Positions 47,851-62,320 of a DNA stretch of 64,000 bases are shown one piece after another. How positions within the stretch are numbered: the first letter of the stretch is position 1; each line of letters opens with the position of its first letter. The DNA is taken from assembly GCA_034780895.1 (NCBI GenBank), contig JAUZTB010000064.1, positions 80,413,994-80,477,993 on the forward strand, read 5' to 3'. The DNA comes from Rhynchobatus australiae. Its lineage: Eukaryota. The position numbers and the translations under genes were made by a program. The notes beneath the pieces were generated by a model. That model had not been told where the DNA came from, made no database searches, and worked only from the letters and a program-made list of their open reading frames with translations.

Positions 47851-50800
47851 TTTGAGTTGATTAGATTGATGATCCAGTTATACTCTTCTACATCTTTTCC
47901 CCAACCCTGTGCTTTAATTCCCCCCTCTCATTTGCAACAGTCTGAAATTCCCTTTATTTGCAGAACAACCTTGTGGGCAGCCTGAACAGTTTGGACCACT
48001 AAAGGATCAATGCCGTATTTTCAGGGTCTGGCTGGGATGCACCAGGAGCTCAAACTTTAAATGTAGAACTTGATTTTCTACCCTCAGAATGTGCGATTTC
48101 CTGATCCAGGCTTATGGCACTGGAGTCTCTGAGTTGGGTATGTGCAAATGGAAAATTCATCTTTTAATGTCGGAATATGGACAGGTTTCTTTCCCCAATG
48201 TGGTGATGCACTCCCTGCTACCTGCTCAAAGTTTGTTTCACGCAGCAGGCATGTGGAGATGTTCACACCATCAGAATAGGCACAGGGACGCTGCAGCACT
48301 CTATAACCCACACGTCCTATATTTTCGTCTCGTGGGTGAGCTCCTGCGTGAGTTAGGCAGTTTCTTCAACAGTGCACAGGGCAAATCCTTGCATCAGTTT
48401 CCCATCTGTAATTAATATGAAAATAATCTTTATCAAATCTATACATAAACAAAAAAATCTTGTTGTTCAGGGTGAAATGGAAAAACAGTGGCTGATTGTC
48501 ACAGCATATATTTCAGTTAAACTTGCAATGAAATAAGAAAACTCCTATTCCAGACAGTGGACAAGTTGGTGAAGGTTTTATTAAGTTAATTTTAAGAGCT
48601 GTATGGACGTGAAAATATTACTTTGGAAAACTGGAGACCTGAATGCTTTTATTTGCTTAGTAGTTTTACTTAGCTTTTGTGTTAATAACCCCATTTTTAT
48701 TTCTGTAGTATGTATTAATTTTTTACTTGATTCCTAGATAAAGCAAGTCACCTAAGTTGCATCAAAACAGTCTGAAAGTGACCATCCAATCTTATCATAG
48801 TCATTTTAAATGTGCAAGTCCTGTAGGGTCAACTAACAAGCCTTTTGCTTTAAGTACAACATTTGTTTTATTTGTGAACATGGTTAGATGAGAGAGGAAT
48901 TAACTGGATGGCTGCCATACGTATTGTGGGATTTTGTTTCAGTTCCTTTCTGAGGTCATAAAAATGAAGCAATAAATACATAAGAAACAATTTTCCAAAT
49001 GTTTGTCCCTAATGAATAGAGGCAACCTTATAAAATTTAACTTTTTGCCTAATTAGCACATTACAAATCATGGATGGAAAATTGTGACCAGCAAGTGAAG
49101 TGTGTTTGGTGGAATGTTAACACATAAACCAAAGCATCAGCATACTATATCAAAATGAATGCCAAATGTATTTTGGTATTGTATTGGTGTACTTGTACCC
49201 CGAATTAGTAAAATGATATTGTAATGGTATTTTAATGAAAATGCTCAAGGGTAATTAAACTCCTGGGAATTGTTTGAAACTGAACTTCCTTAGAACTTGG
49301 ACTTAGCTCTAGGTTGTTTTACTGATGAAGCATAATGGCCATGAATTTCCAGAGTTTACTCAGTATCCTGCAGTAAATTCAATGATAGCTTGGCATGAAC
49401 CTCAGAGAACTGAGAAACTGTCTCTTTAGATACTAATGTTGATCCTCTGGTGGTCCTTCTAAGCTCAGCCAAAGAACTCAGAATTTCCAAGCACATGTTT
49501 TACTTGAATAAATATTGAGAAAACTGTATAATATTGATTGATAAAGTAAACATTGATACATAGCTTTGGTATGTTATCAGTTATATTGCAAGTCCCCACA
49601 TTATAATAATTTTTTTCATTTTCTCTTTGTTCCCCCTGCTGTGACTTGCTGCTCCTTTGGAACTTTCTCTCACTGCACAAACTCTGGGACCATTTTATGC
49701 CAGGTATGTTNNNNNNNNNNNNNNNNNNNNNNNNNNNNNNNNNNNNNNNNNNNNNNNNNNNNNNNNNNNNNNNNNNNNNNNNNNNNNNNNNNNNNNNNNN
49801 NNNNNNNNNNNNNNNNNNNNNNNNNNNNNNNNNNNNNNNNNNNNNNNNNNNNNNNNNNNNNNNNNNNNNNNNNNNNNNNNNNNNNNNNNNNNNNNNNNNN
49901 NNNNNNNNNNNNNNNNNNNNNNNNNNNNNNNNNNNNNNNNNNNNNNNNNNNNNNNNNNNNNNNNNNNNNNNNNNNNNNNNNNNNNNNNNNNNNNNNNNNN
50001 NNNNNNNNNNNNNNNNNNNNNNNNNNNNNNNNNNNNNNNNNNNNNNNNNNNNNNNNNNNNNNNNNNNNNNNNNNNNNNNNNNNNNNNNNNNNNNNNNNNN
50101 NNNNNNNNNNNNNNNNNNNNNNNNNNNNNNNNNNNNNNNNNNNNNNNNNNNNNNNNNNNNNNNNNNNNNNNNNNNNNNNNNNNNNNNNNNNNNNNNNNNN
50201 NNAATGTTAGGAGAAAGCACCTCAAATGATTCAGAGGAAGAATATAGCTATATAAACTAAAGGAGGGACAACTTTAATAGTATTAAGATATTATCTAGTG
50301 CTTTATTTAAGTGATTGCATCCCTATACATCCAGAGTATTATTCAAACTACAATGCTGCTGGGGTTAAAAATAGTTGGTGGTGAAAGAGGCTATCTGATT
50401 TATCTTGTCCCTTTTTTTCCAGAATGAGTTCAATAGAAATAAAAATTGTGTTGCAGAGGGGAGAGTGTGCATTGAGGGGCAGAGATGGGGTGAAGGGAAA
50501 GGGTAGTAAAAATGGACCTCAGATTCATCATTGCTTATTTCATAGTACTGCCCAAGACCACTTTCACTCTGTGTCACAGCACTCTTTTTTAAAAAAAAAG
50601 AATTTCTCAGATTGAAACACAAAAGTATTGCACCATGTGAATGAATTGACCTGAAGCCAAATCTTTAAATGGGAAATGTCCTTTTGTGCATTTGAGGCCT
50701 GCAAAGAGTGTACGCCTTCCGCACTGAAGTAGGTCTTAACTGGAGGTTCGTGGCTTGCTTCAACATTACCTGCTCTGTTGGTGTGGAGCCCAAGGCACTG

Positions 50801-52253
50801 AATGTCTTGCAGGCAAGAAAGCTTTTAAGTAAGCTCCTTGGTTCTTCTCCAACCCTCAAACTGCTGATGTGGTTAAGGCCATCTTTTGTATGCACAGCTG
50901 ATCCCAACCCTTTAATGAATCTTGGCCCAATTGTGTTTCCACTGATGTCAGTTCATTCTTCCCAATGCTACAGATTCCAGGCCCAACATTCCCCCAGCCC
51001 TCCACATGCCTTTTTCCCTATGGTTGCTATCTACTTCTCCCCCACTCCAGCAATCTTCAGCTTCTCTAATCCCTCCACTAGCTCTGGACAGGAAAAAGGC
51101 CTTTAGAGGTTTCTATTCATATGAAGTTTGTCCTATTTTTCACATCACTTCTGGGGTTCATCAACAGAATTTGGCTGTCGGGGGTTCTTCACACAAATCT
51201 TACACATCCCCCAGCCCCCCAAACCTCTTGCAGAGTGAACTGTGTGCAGCTAAAATATTTAAATACCAAGATTTCCTGTTCCTGATCAGAAAAGAATCCT
51301 TTAATGTTACAACTTCTTTAAATTAAAGAGAAAAATTAATATAAAATGAGTCTGAGGGTAAAATATTTGTGGGCATTGTTTGGCATTGAAATATTTAAGT
51401 AATACTTTATAAGAGCATTGCTCGGGGCAACATATCATTTGGAAGTACTTTAATGTTAAGAAGGGTCTTTAATACGAGGCTTTATTGTGTGTGAAATTAA
51501 GACCAATGTATAACAATGTGAACAAGATTTTGTATATCTTCTAGTTTATTAGTACAATATTCTCCCTCTGATAGGCACCGACATCTATGACCCAGTGTCC
51601 TGATTATCCAAACTGAAAAGTAATGGGCATTTATTCCAATTTACAGTGCCAAAGCTTTATTTTTTGCATTTTATTTTACCTTTTTATTCTTTCATATCTG
51701 TTTGCTATCAATGTTGTTTCTGTGCAGGAATATTTCCAAAATACTCCGCTAAATAAATACAATTTGTGGAATCAATGCTATCATCTTCATAGAGTTAAGC
51801 AGATTACAATAAGGACAATATCGGGTGTTGCTGCAACAATATTTTCATAGAACAAATGTTACATTGTAAGATTGTAATTAGAGAAATGTTTGGCAGGAGT
51901 CAGTTCTATATAAGGGCTGAAATAGTTGAAGGATGACAGATTGTAAACTAAGCTCACAGTTGTTGAAATCTTAATATGATGGTTCGGTACCTTGTCTCCA
52001 AAGCTGGAACTGCAAAAGCAACTGCTATTACTCCAATGTCACTGGTGGTGACATTATTTAAAAGAAACAAGGTTCAATAATGTTTATAAACTAAGGTTAT
52101 GGATAAAGTGTAATTTTTGACACACGCCTTTCAATTCAAAAATTCCTAATATAATTACAGAAAAAGGTCCCAGTCTCGTTCTGTTTCCCAGTGGCATAAA
52201 TGTCTCTGGCAAAGGTAGTTTTCCAGCTCTTGAGCCTGACACTTCCAGTCATT

Positions 52254-52291
52254 TGTGTGTGTGTGTGTGAGAGAGAGAGAGTGTGTGTGTG
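52254..52291. repeat. Compound (TG)n(AG)n(TG)n microsatellite
   Basis: Directly visible. Confidence 0.9.
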
Positions 52292-52777
52292 TGGAGGGGA
52301 GATGGCATACAGTGTCAATGAATTTATGTATCACACTTTTGGTGATCGAATTTCATCGCAAACAATATAGAATTGTGTGTCAATGTGGATAAAAAGCTCC
52401 AAGAAGCTCCAGTGGATGACCAAGGTAATTCACAAATTCAAACAAGGTTTCAGAATTTTAAAAGTTCTGAGAAAAATGGCACTTTTGCCTACAATGGTTA
52501 TTAGGCAGAACTGCATGCATTCTCCTGTCCATAACAATGTGGTTGCATCTATGCAATATGACAGGAGTGTTGCTGCTTGCCAGATGTATTCTGCAACCAC
52601 TGGTGTAAGACCTTGAGATTATGCTACTGAAAGTCCTAAATAAAAGCCTCTCCAGTGTATCTATTTCCCTGTCAGTCATTCCATATTGTTTATGATGAAA
52701 TTCTATCGCCATAAATGTGAAGCATATATTCATTGACACCGTAGTTCCCACCCACCCACNNNNNNNNNNNNNNNNNN

Positions 52778-52859
<82 letters not shown>

Positions 52860-52860
52860 C
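52778..52860. repeat. (CTCTCA)n hexanucleotide microsatellite next to a gap
   Basis: Directly visible; produces the SE/LT/RV repeat ORFs. Confidence 0.95.
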
Positions 52861-53114
52861 ATGGAGCCACATTTGAAAATGATACTAAGAGGAGCATAAC
52901 AACGCATCTCTGATTATCTCGCTCACCTTCCTTATGAGATTGGGAAAGTATCTTCAGTCAGATAAGGTTTATGTCAAAAAACCTTGGAATATATTTGCTA
53001 AGTAAATTGCTAACATTTTCCCTTGATGACTTGGGCATTAAATCATTAAATATGATACTGAACAGTGCTGAACTTGTAGATTCCATACTTGAAATTCCTG
53101 TTCTGGCCTCAACA

Positions 53115-53920
53115 TTGAGCAAAGATTTGGCAAATGGACTACAATGTGGGAAAATGCAAATATGTCTGTTTTGGCAAGGAAAATACAAAATAAACGTATT
53201 ACCTAAATGGTGAAAGATTGTGGAGCTCTGAGATGCAGAGGGATCTGGGTGTCCATTATTCACAGCAAGCTAGTGTATGCAAGTACTGCAAGCAATTAGG
53301 AGAGCTAACAGGATGTTACTGTTTATTGGTAGAGACTGAATATAAAAGTAGATTGTGCTTCATTTATATGGACCATGGGCAAGACTACCTCTGAAGCATA
53401 GCATTGATCTCCTTATTTAAAGAAGAATTATAAATGCATTGGAAAGAGTTCAGAGAAAATTTACTCAGCTTCCAAGGAATGGGCAGGTAATCTGATGAGG
53501 AATATTTGGACAGTCTGAGCTTATATCAAAAGGAATTCAGAAAAGTGAGGATTTGATTGAAACGTATAAAATCCTGAGGAATTTTGATAGGGCAGATGTG
53601 GAGAGGAAATTTCCTCTTGTGGAAAATCTAGAGGGGTGGTGGGTCATTATTTAAGAAAAGGGGCTCATCCATTTAAGGCAGTCAACATGTTTTCTCTCCC
53701 CAAAGGCTCATGAGTATTTCAAATTCTCTTTCTCAAAGGGTGGTGGAAGTCGTGTCATTGAAAATTTTTGAGATAGTAGGTAGATTCTTGATAAGCAAGA
53801 AGGTGAAGCTTTCCATGGACAGGAATACAGAGCTGAGTAACTATCAGATAAGCCTCTTATCAAATGGTAGAGGAGGCTTGAAAGGTCGAGTGGCCTCCTC
53901 CTACCACTAATTTAGTGCTC
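53115..53920 (+). mobile_element. CR1 LINE 3' end (decayed RT C-terminus and tail)
   Basis: WQMDYNVGKCK, YYLNGERLWSSEMQRDLGV and ALERVQRKFT. Tail GGCTTGAAAGGTCGAGTGGCCTCCTCCT. Confidence 0.85.
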
Positions 53921-54847
53921 CCGTGGTTCTCGCTGATTGCAGTCAGAGTAGCTGTGGAGAGGCAGAAATTAACGTTGATGCACCTGAGCTTGGAAAAGTC
54001 AGAGTACTTTTGATCCTTCTGTGGCTTTTGCTGAAAAGGGTGTTCATGCAGAACCTGTAAGATTAGCACCTTCTGGGGGAAAAAGAGAAACTCCACTTCT
54101 TCTCAGAAAGTTCCTCAGTGTCAAGGGTAATGTACTTTCAGTCTACAGCTGAAGAGTGGAGGATACTTGTTCATGAATATTTTTAACAAGGGATGGCTAT
54201 GACACATATACATGGCAAAATGCAGTCTTGGTCCAGTGCCAAACAGATTGGATACCTGGCTCTGCTGTACAGAGTGAACACACACAAGTATGTGGATACA
54301 CGAGCATATACTCTGAGCACATACTGATGCATTCTGATCACTCACACACAATCTTGGCCATGTCTTTGGTTATGCCCACTGCCCCTCTCACCTCATACCC
54401 TCCCTCCCTGATCTCCCTCCTTCAGTTCCCCCTTCCAAAATTTCCCTCCCTCTACCCCTTCCTCTAATTCAGTTCCATAACCTCCCCTCTCCCACTCACT
54501 CTTCACTCACTTCCTTTTCCTTGTATTTGTCCCGCTCTCCCCTATATCCCTTCCTCCACCTGTCAGCCACTTGCTCTCACTGAGAGAGAGGCTGCTCTTG
54601 ACCATTGCTGCTCACCCTCTTACCAGTTGCCCTACCCTTGTCTGCTATACTGCCCCTTGTGTAGAACCTCAAAACTCTTCTTCAAAACCTCAAGAGAGTC
54701 TTCAACTACCTGTCATATGAGTTGGACTTTCTGAGGCAATAGAGGCAGATTCATCCTGCGGGAGTGGGATCCTTTCTGTGAGAGTGGCTGCCTCCATTCA
54801 GCACATTCAAAGAGCCCAAACCCATGGAGCCTCTGTCTCCCACTGGC

Positions 54848-54980
54848 CCTATGCCCACAGGGTTTCTGTCCCACGCACTGCCCCTAAACTCATTAGGCCT
54901 CTGGTTCCTGCTAACCCCTATACCCACACGGTTTCTATCTCCCACACTGTCCCTAAAGCCATGGGGCCACTGCTTCCTGC
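54848..54980. repeat. Diverged tandem duplication of about 69 bp
   Basis: CCTATGCCCACAGGGTTTCTGTC..CCCTAAA..TTCCTGC versus CCTATACCCACACGGTTTCTATC..CCCTAAA..TTCCTGC. Confidence 0.65.
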
Positions 54981-57900
54981 ACTGCGAAGTACAGGTAAGC
55001 TCATCAACTTTGGGTAATGCTTTAAAGTCAATGTTCAGGTGTAGTTTCAAATCTTTTCAATGTATTATCCTGAATGCAGCAACATTATCGGTTACATGTA
55101 TCATAATTGCTGAAGAATATGGTTTTAAATCCATCATAGTTTACATTTATAAATCAGTATTAACAAATCTTTGCTGCAATTTGGAAATATTTCCAAACAA
55201 CATGAACCTCGCGTTATTCATAGGAACATGAACCTCTTGATTAAACAATCTGGTTTGGAATCCAAGTAAATGAAGAAGTAATTTATTCAGTAATTTATTG
55301 TCACACTATTTTCAGATGAATATTTCTTAAATATAAAGGGTGCAGGATGTTAATTCTGTAATGATAATTCCTATCTTTACATACACTATGCAACTCAGTG
55401 AAGGAAAAAACTTGTCAGGAGTCCCAGTACCATACCAGGGGAATGGCAAAGAGACAGCAAGCCTGACCTAAAGTGATTCAAATTAACCCTGAGAACATAG
55501 TTCATAATTAATGCTGACAAAGGAAAATAACTTATCACAATATATAGGAAAAGACAACTGTTCGTGCGGTAGATACTTACACTGGAATGCTGGCCTGCTG
55601 CCTGTTAAGATGCTGCAGTTCAATTGATAGTGTTTTGTTGTGGCTGTGTTTGCAGTATGTTGGCATGACATGTGACCCAGTGTATGTTCTTTGGTGACTT
55701 AGACAAATAAAGTTGTTGAAGGCCTTGACTGTAACAGTTTATTTTTTTCTGTAATAAAATTGCTGCAAAGTGATATATTGATACTCAGAATGTAAAGATG
55801 AAGTGAGATGAATTTGCAAATGTACATCATTAGACAATACAACAGTTATTGGATTAGTAGTGGAAGGCTACCTGCGAGCAGGCAAACACCAAAAGAAGAC
55901 ACAATCCTGTTTCACGTCTGCAGCTGTCAAATATCAGTCATCCTATATCTAATCTCAGACTTCAGATAGCCATGATAATGGTCAATTTTGCTTACCGACG
56001 TCACCTCTCAACTGTGCATCAGTACTTCCTGGAGATAAACTAAACTGCCTTAACACAGAATTTTGATTTAACTCACTTTCTGTAACACTGGATTTGATCT
56101 TATTAGAAGTAAACAACATCAGATCTGGGAGACCAGTCATCATTGTAATAACGATGCCAAAAGTACTTAAACTTACAGACTATATGAAAAATACAGTTGG
56201 CTTATATGTGAATGCCACCTGTTGGATTATGAGAAACACTACATCAGTTTGTAAAATGTAATTATTTTATTCCATAAACATACATCAACAATAAGGACAA
56301 TAAGTCAGGGTATTCATTATTATTGATAACATCCGTTGGACTCTTAGTGTTGCACAGGCTTTAGACAATGACGTGAGATTTCCTGGATGCGATGAGTCAC
56401 CTGCCAGTTGCCACTCGCTTGCCCACTAAGCGTGCCTGTACATTGAGCAGTTCCCCCTGTGCAAACTTCCTGAACAGCACTGGACCTGACCTGACCTGAC
56501 TGGTGAGGCCCTGTATATTCAAGTCTTCTGATAACAAGTCCCGTTGAGATGCTTTGACAGCAGGTTCAGCCAGGCTTGCAGGTTACCTGAATGTCAAACA
56601 ACTTGAATATTTGTGTGTACACCTCTTATATTCACAAGCATTCAAACTATTAAAAATTAAGCGCAAAGCAAAATTGTTCAATTAGTGTAAAGTTTAAAAA
56701 TTAAGCGCACTTGACAACATTTTAAAATAATTAAACACATTGAAATAAAACAAATCAAGAAAATATAAATGAACTGAAACTTGCCTCCCTTCCTCACAGC
56801 CGTTCCTCACCGGGCCCTTTGGGTTAAAATTGTGTTTGAGATACAAAGGAATGCCGTTATCATAGTGCGGACTGTTGATTACATATGGTTGTTATATAAT
56901 GAAGCAGTTGGCTTATGGAGGTCAAGTCCATGAAATGAACTGACATTGAACAAAGATACATGGAGTAAAAGGGATAGGATTTCCAAAGTTTGGAACATGC
57001 CCAAAATGCTCCTGATTATTAAAACAGATTGAAAGTCTCGAATAGACATGCCAGAATGAAGAGGGGCTAATCACAAATAGCATGACTGCAAAGAGCTTTG
57101 AATTCAGTTGTGCTGGAATGAGTTTTAAAGTCCAACTGCTCATATTCAGAGTCAGATGTATTTTGAGCTGTTCTTCAGCAGGTTGTTTCCAGGTTGTCAA
57201 GACAGTGTTGTGTGGGGGTGGCTGAGGTGAAGTAGTGGTTGGCTGATGTTAGTGCTTTAAACGAGCATGTAAGAATTCCAGAGACATCTGGGCTGGATAT
57301 AAATCTCCAAAGCATGGAAGGGATCATCAGCACGGTGAGCATTCTATCCTGTTCCAACAGGCCACATAGCTCAGATGTATTGTGTGTGGTGTACGTTCCA
57401 TAGTTTTGCTGAGCTTTGTGCTCCTAACAGATTGCCCAAACACTTCCTGTGTCAATCATCCAGAGGGACTACACACATCATCAGATGGAAAATAAATTCA
57501 ACACAAACCATGAAGTGAAAGCATGGAAGCACAATACAAGTACCATCAAAGCTGACACCAGGTTTGGGTAGCAAGATGAGATTCAATCGACTGTTATTTT
57601 CCTTTATATGTGCATTTGTTATCCTGCCCCCACAAAACAAAATTAATGAATAATGCCAGAGACTTACCCCAGTAAACATATTCAAATGCCAATTGAGGTT
57701 AATAAAGCTGAAGGATCTTTGACCCTCTGACACTCCATTGTCAGTGTTACTGGACCACTGGAGAAATCTGCTTCTTGAATGATCCAGCAGAAGAATAGTG
57801 CATCAACGTACAGGGCCAATAATCTTCCACAACTTTATTCACCAGCTCACGAATTTTTGTTTGTTGTAAATAAATGAGTGGAGAACACTGGAGTTCTTAC

Positions 57901-59807
57901 TCCTAGATGAGAACTTTTGCAGATAATTTACTTTTAATCAGTAAATATCTTACAACAATGACATAAAAATACATTCTTTTCATGAATTCTTCAGCATTTT
58001 GTGACCGATCATCACCTAAGCTGTGGANNNNNNNNNNNNNNNNNNNNNNNNNNNNNNNNNNNNNNNNNNNNNNNNNNNNNNNNNNNNNNNNNNNNNNNNN
58101 NNNNNNNNNNNNNNNNNNNNNNNNNNNNNNNNNNNNNNNNNNNNNNNNNNNNNNNNNNNNNNNNNNNNNNNNNNNNNNNNNNNNNNNNNNNNNNNNNNNN
58201 NNNNNNNNNNNNNNNNNNNNNNNNNNNNNNNNNNNNNNNNNNNNNNNNNNNNNNNNNNNNNNNNNNNNNNNNNNNNNNNNNNNNNNNNNNNNACACAATG
58301 ATGTAGGCATATCTTACTGATGTAGAATTCAAAGCTGAGAAAGTTATTTTTTTTCCATAAAGCAGAGCCAGCTTCTGTGGAACAAGAGTCCAAAAAACTC
58401 ATGAAGTTGCGTTTAGCAGCTTTGTGTTCCTCATACCACATGAGATGTAGATGGCAAAGGTAAAATATAACATTTGCAGATTGTAAAATACACCAAAGTG
58501 GATCTGTCTAATGTTTCATTCCCTGGTTACATCAATAGGAAAGATAAACAGGCAGACATCCAATTACCAGGATTCCCCACAAAGTTCTGAGGGACTTTTA
58601 CTTATTGTAAATATGAACAATTCTGTAAGACTTATGCATTGCAATTTATGATTATGCCATTGCTAAAAAGATGTATAAAGATTATGTTAATTCAGCAAAA
58701 TTGATTTTATTCATGATGTTAGTCATCGAAGATCCCCAGAGAATTATTTTGCATCGTAGTCACTGTTCTGCTTTGCTAGATCTGGGAAATAGGTTCATAG
58801 GAGGACAAAGCTGAAAATAACTTAAAATTATTTAAACATTTTAGAGCATTTAATTAGAAATTATTAGAAATAAAAGTCATGGTTATGTTGAACAGATTGA
58901 TTCTGAAATAAAAATGAAAAGGCTGGTTTGATCTAAGATCTTTGAAACACATGAATTATGAATTAAATTCATTACTACGTTTCTGAACTGGATTCTTCTG
59001 CTCACACAATTTCAGTGGGTTTAGGAGTAACTGAAAATGAGCTTATATAAGGAGTCTTTAATGAAGTAAAACAAAACTTATCTATGTTCCCATAGCACTG
59101 CTTTTTCCTATAGGGTATTCACCCTCTCCTCACTTTGCTATTAATATATGCTATCAACAGCTCTGTGGAGTAATAATTGATCAGTTAATTTACAGATTTA
59201 ATAAATTCCATATTACATTTACTTAATTATTTTGAGTGTGCAATAAAGTAATTTTCATGGCATCATTTGCTGTTGAATAAACTACATTTTGCACCATCCT
59301 CATATTGAGCTTTAGGCTGGATTCCCTTTATTATTAAGAAGATTATTGGCACATTTNNNNNNNNNNAATCTCAAGGGTCACTGGCTTACTTGTTCAGTAT
59401 TCACACTAAGATGTGTTTACCTGTAGTTCTGTGATGTGGAAACTTTTAGAAGATGATTCATTTTCTTAAAGACACTTCTATGCAGACCTGAACAGAAAGC
59501 AATTGAGTGTGAAACAGCTAAGTTGATGTGCTTTGTTGATGTCAGTAAGGGGAAATCCCTATGGAATGTATTCACTTCCAGGCTGTGGTATTGGTGTGTC
59601 CCAGCTGCTTCAGATAGGCCGTAAATTGAGTTCCCAGAGAATTCCAGAAAAATTCAGCAGAACTAAATACATAAAAAATACTGCTCCTGCTTTTGTTTGG
59701 GGTTTTAGCACCATAAACATGAGTGATATCAATACTGGAAGTACTTATCTTACCAGATACGTTTACAAAGGGTAATTCTGAGGATTCTTTGAAGAGATGG
59801 TAGTAAT

Positions 59808-59975
59808 CAAAGTTGATGTTGAAGTTGAGTTTATTGTCACATACACAAGTAAATGTATGCACAGGTGCAATGAAAAGCTTATTTGCAGCAGCATCACAGG
59901 CACATAGCATAAGATACCCAACATTCACAAGAAAATCATAAATTAAACATAAATTATACAAAATCATACAGGACC
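59808..59975 (-). mobile_element. Rex/Babar-type LINE 3' UTR
   Basis: Inverse of about 27960-28103: AGTTTATTGTCACAT..GTATGCACAGGTGCAATGAAAA..TTGCAGCAGCATCACAGGCACA. Confidence 0.65.
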
Positions 59976-60134
59976 ACAACTGGACAACACTAGAGGAAGG
60001 GAAAGACATTATTAAGGTATATATATATTTCTTAAAATTTTATTTCTGTTTATGTAGTTGCCAGCTCTGATTTTCAATTATTTAAAATACAATAATCCCA
60101 GTGACAAAGGTGCATGTTTACTCCTTTTTTAGGC

Positions 60135-61165
60135 AGATCCTGAGGGGAGAGAGGGGGTCAAGGGGCAGGAGTTCTCATGAATCAGTAGGATATTACATTT
60201 TTCAAGGAGACTTCAATCCTTCCTCTGGGTTTCTGGTAATCTCTTGCTGTGACAGAGCTTGAAGTAGAGTGTTCACTTTAGTATTCTGGTGTTGTCCAGG
60301 TCTTTGGGGCTGGCTGGGTGTAGTTAAAACCTCAATGCTGTGTATGTTGGCCTGGAAGAGGATGCAGATATTGGTTAGCTTATTCTTAGAGGACTTTGTA
60401 AGAATAACATTGGGGTTAACTGTCCAATACCTTGATGTGCCTGTTAAATGTGATCCATACCTCAGAAGAGTACAGGAGGACTGGGATCATTGCTGCTTAG
60501 TTTTGTGCTGGTTTTGAAGTCTTGAATTTCAAGCATCCTTTTCCTTAAAGGGCTGTGATGGTGGTGAATTTCAACATTGATATAAGTCTTTGTTGAGAGA
60601 TGACTCCTGAGATATTTCAAGGATTTATCAAGGACCTTTTATTGTCAGGGTTGGTGTTGCACAGGGGGTCAGTTAGTCAAAGACCTTTGTTTTGCGGATG
60701 TTAAGTATTATGCCCAATCTCTCATATGCNNNNNNNNNNGCATGTATGCAGGCATTGTCTGCATGCTGCAACATAATGAGCGAGATTGGCGTTATGGTGG
60801 TTCTAGAGTGAATATTACGTAGGTTAAGCAACTTTCCATTTGCCATGTGGGTTAACTCTACTCCAGCAAGAAGTTTACTGGAGGTGAGGTGCAGGATTGT
60901 GCCAGAAAAGATTGATGAAAGTGCAGGAGGGATGGTACAGCCTTAGTTAACACTGATCTGCATTGAGATTGGTCCATTGTGTTTGCATTGGTTAGAATTA
61001 CAGCTTGTATGTGCTCATGTAACATACGATCAATTAGGATGGACTGTGGAGAATCCTTCTCAAACTTGTCTGTCCTCCAAAACTAGTCTTCATTCTACAA
61101 TTGCTACATGATGGTATGTCTATAACTTGGTAACGGTGACACCATGTTCACAGTGCATCGACCCT
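60135..61165 (-). mobile_element. RTE-clade LINE RT fragment
   Basis: Minus strand GCTIPPALSSIF..LAGVEL..NGKLLNLR..LQHADNAC resembles RTE QGCVIAPTLFSIF..NGKLFNLR..LQYADD. Confidence 0.75.
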
Positions 61166-61699
61166 AATCAGAAGTTGTTTCTTTCTATTTAGCTTCACTT
61201 ACTGTTACAGAAACTCTTTTTTAATTTGTGATTTTTCACTGTCTTTGTATAAGCTTCTACTTATAGTTGGTATCCCATTGTCACCTGTTATAGTTTTCAT
61301 TCGTCATTTACTATTAGTGATATTGTATGACTTCTTGAGGATCAATGGCTACTGATCCCAACAAAATTATAAACTCATTCCTTATATCAGAATTTGATTA
61401 AATTTATGTATAGCATCTGGAAGAAGCCTAACTCACAGGCAGCAATATAGGCTGCTTGCTAGTAACTTGGACAGGATAAGGTTGCTTCTGATTTATGATT
61501 TTTTCATAGCAGTTGGCACCCTGCTCAGATTTTATGGTGAACAGCCAGCTGTATCAAACAACAGCTTTCTCTTTTCTGGAATTTATGTCTCTATTTCATA
61601 ACCACAAGAAGACAGCTTCTGAATCAAATCAGTCAATATGCTGTACTCTGTGGAAAGCTTAAAGTGTCAATAGTCACAGTTTAAACATCGTACTGGCTT

Positions 61700-62320
61700 T
61701 CTTTCCATTCTGGGTTACAAGCTTCTAAGCATCACGACTTCAGCCAACCAAGGTTCTGGCTCAATAAACTGATTTGAATTCTTTGAAGAACTGACCAAGG
61801 GAGTGGATAGTGTCAGTTCTGTTGATGTCAAACAGATAGCTTTCTCAAATAATTGTTGGCAACTGGAGAAGATGATCACATTTTATGCTGGATAATGTAT
61901 TAGTTGAATTTGCACAGTGAGGAGGTTTACTTATGGGATTGTATTAGAACTGGATTTGATGCGGAGTTCCACTTTGTTCTAGACTTCAGTGGAACCAATC
62001 ACAATGCTCACTGTTGGGACCAATTCTTTCTATTATTTCCAATATAATTTGAATGAGGGCATTCATTGATGAAGTAAAAAGTCAATATAAAATACTCAAG
62101 GGTGATGAATCTTTGAAACTGTCTACCCTGGAGCGTGGTGGAGGTGAGATAATTGGAGGTATTTAAAAAGGAGGTAGATAATTTTTTGAAAGGGGAATTC
62201 AGGGCTATATGAAAAAGGGCACAGAGGAGGAGTTGAGGCTTGGGGCAGATCAGTCATTATCATATTGAATGGCAGGGTTGATTGGCCTGCTCCTTGTCCT
62301 ATTTTCTTGTGTTCTTGTGT
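61700..62320 (+). mobile_element. CR1 fragments (RT start and 3' tail)
   Basis: NLIEFFEE-like (CTGATTTGAATTCTTTGAAGAA..GTGGAT..GTTGATGTC). Tail GGCAGATCAG..TGAATGGCAG..TGGCCTGCTCCTTGTCCTATTTTCTTGTGTTCTTG. Confidence 0.7.

Noticed and set aside
49465-50260. Longest ORFs in the track (176-251 aa)
   Set aside because: They are long only because they run through N gaps. The same applies at 21498-21979, 47070-47645 and 57903-58441.
52458-52899. ORFs with RV, SE or LT dipeptide repeats
   Set aside because: They are translations of the (CTCTCA)n microsatellite.
53860-54096. Minus-strand acceptor TTTCTCTTTTTCCCCCAG with an open frame
   Set aside because: Only a poor donor (GTGCAT), no recognisable protein, and the frame runs into a CR1 tail.
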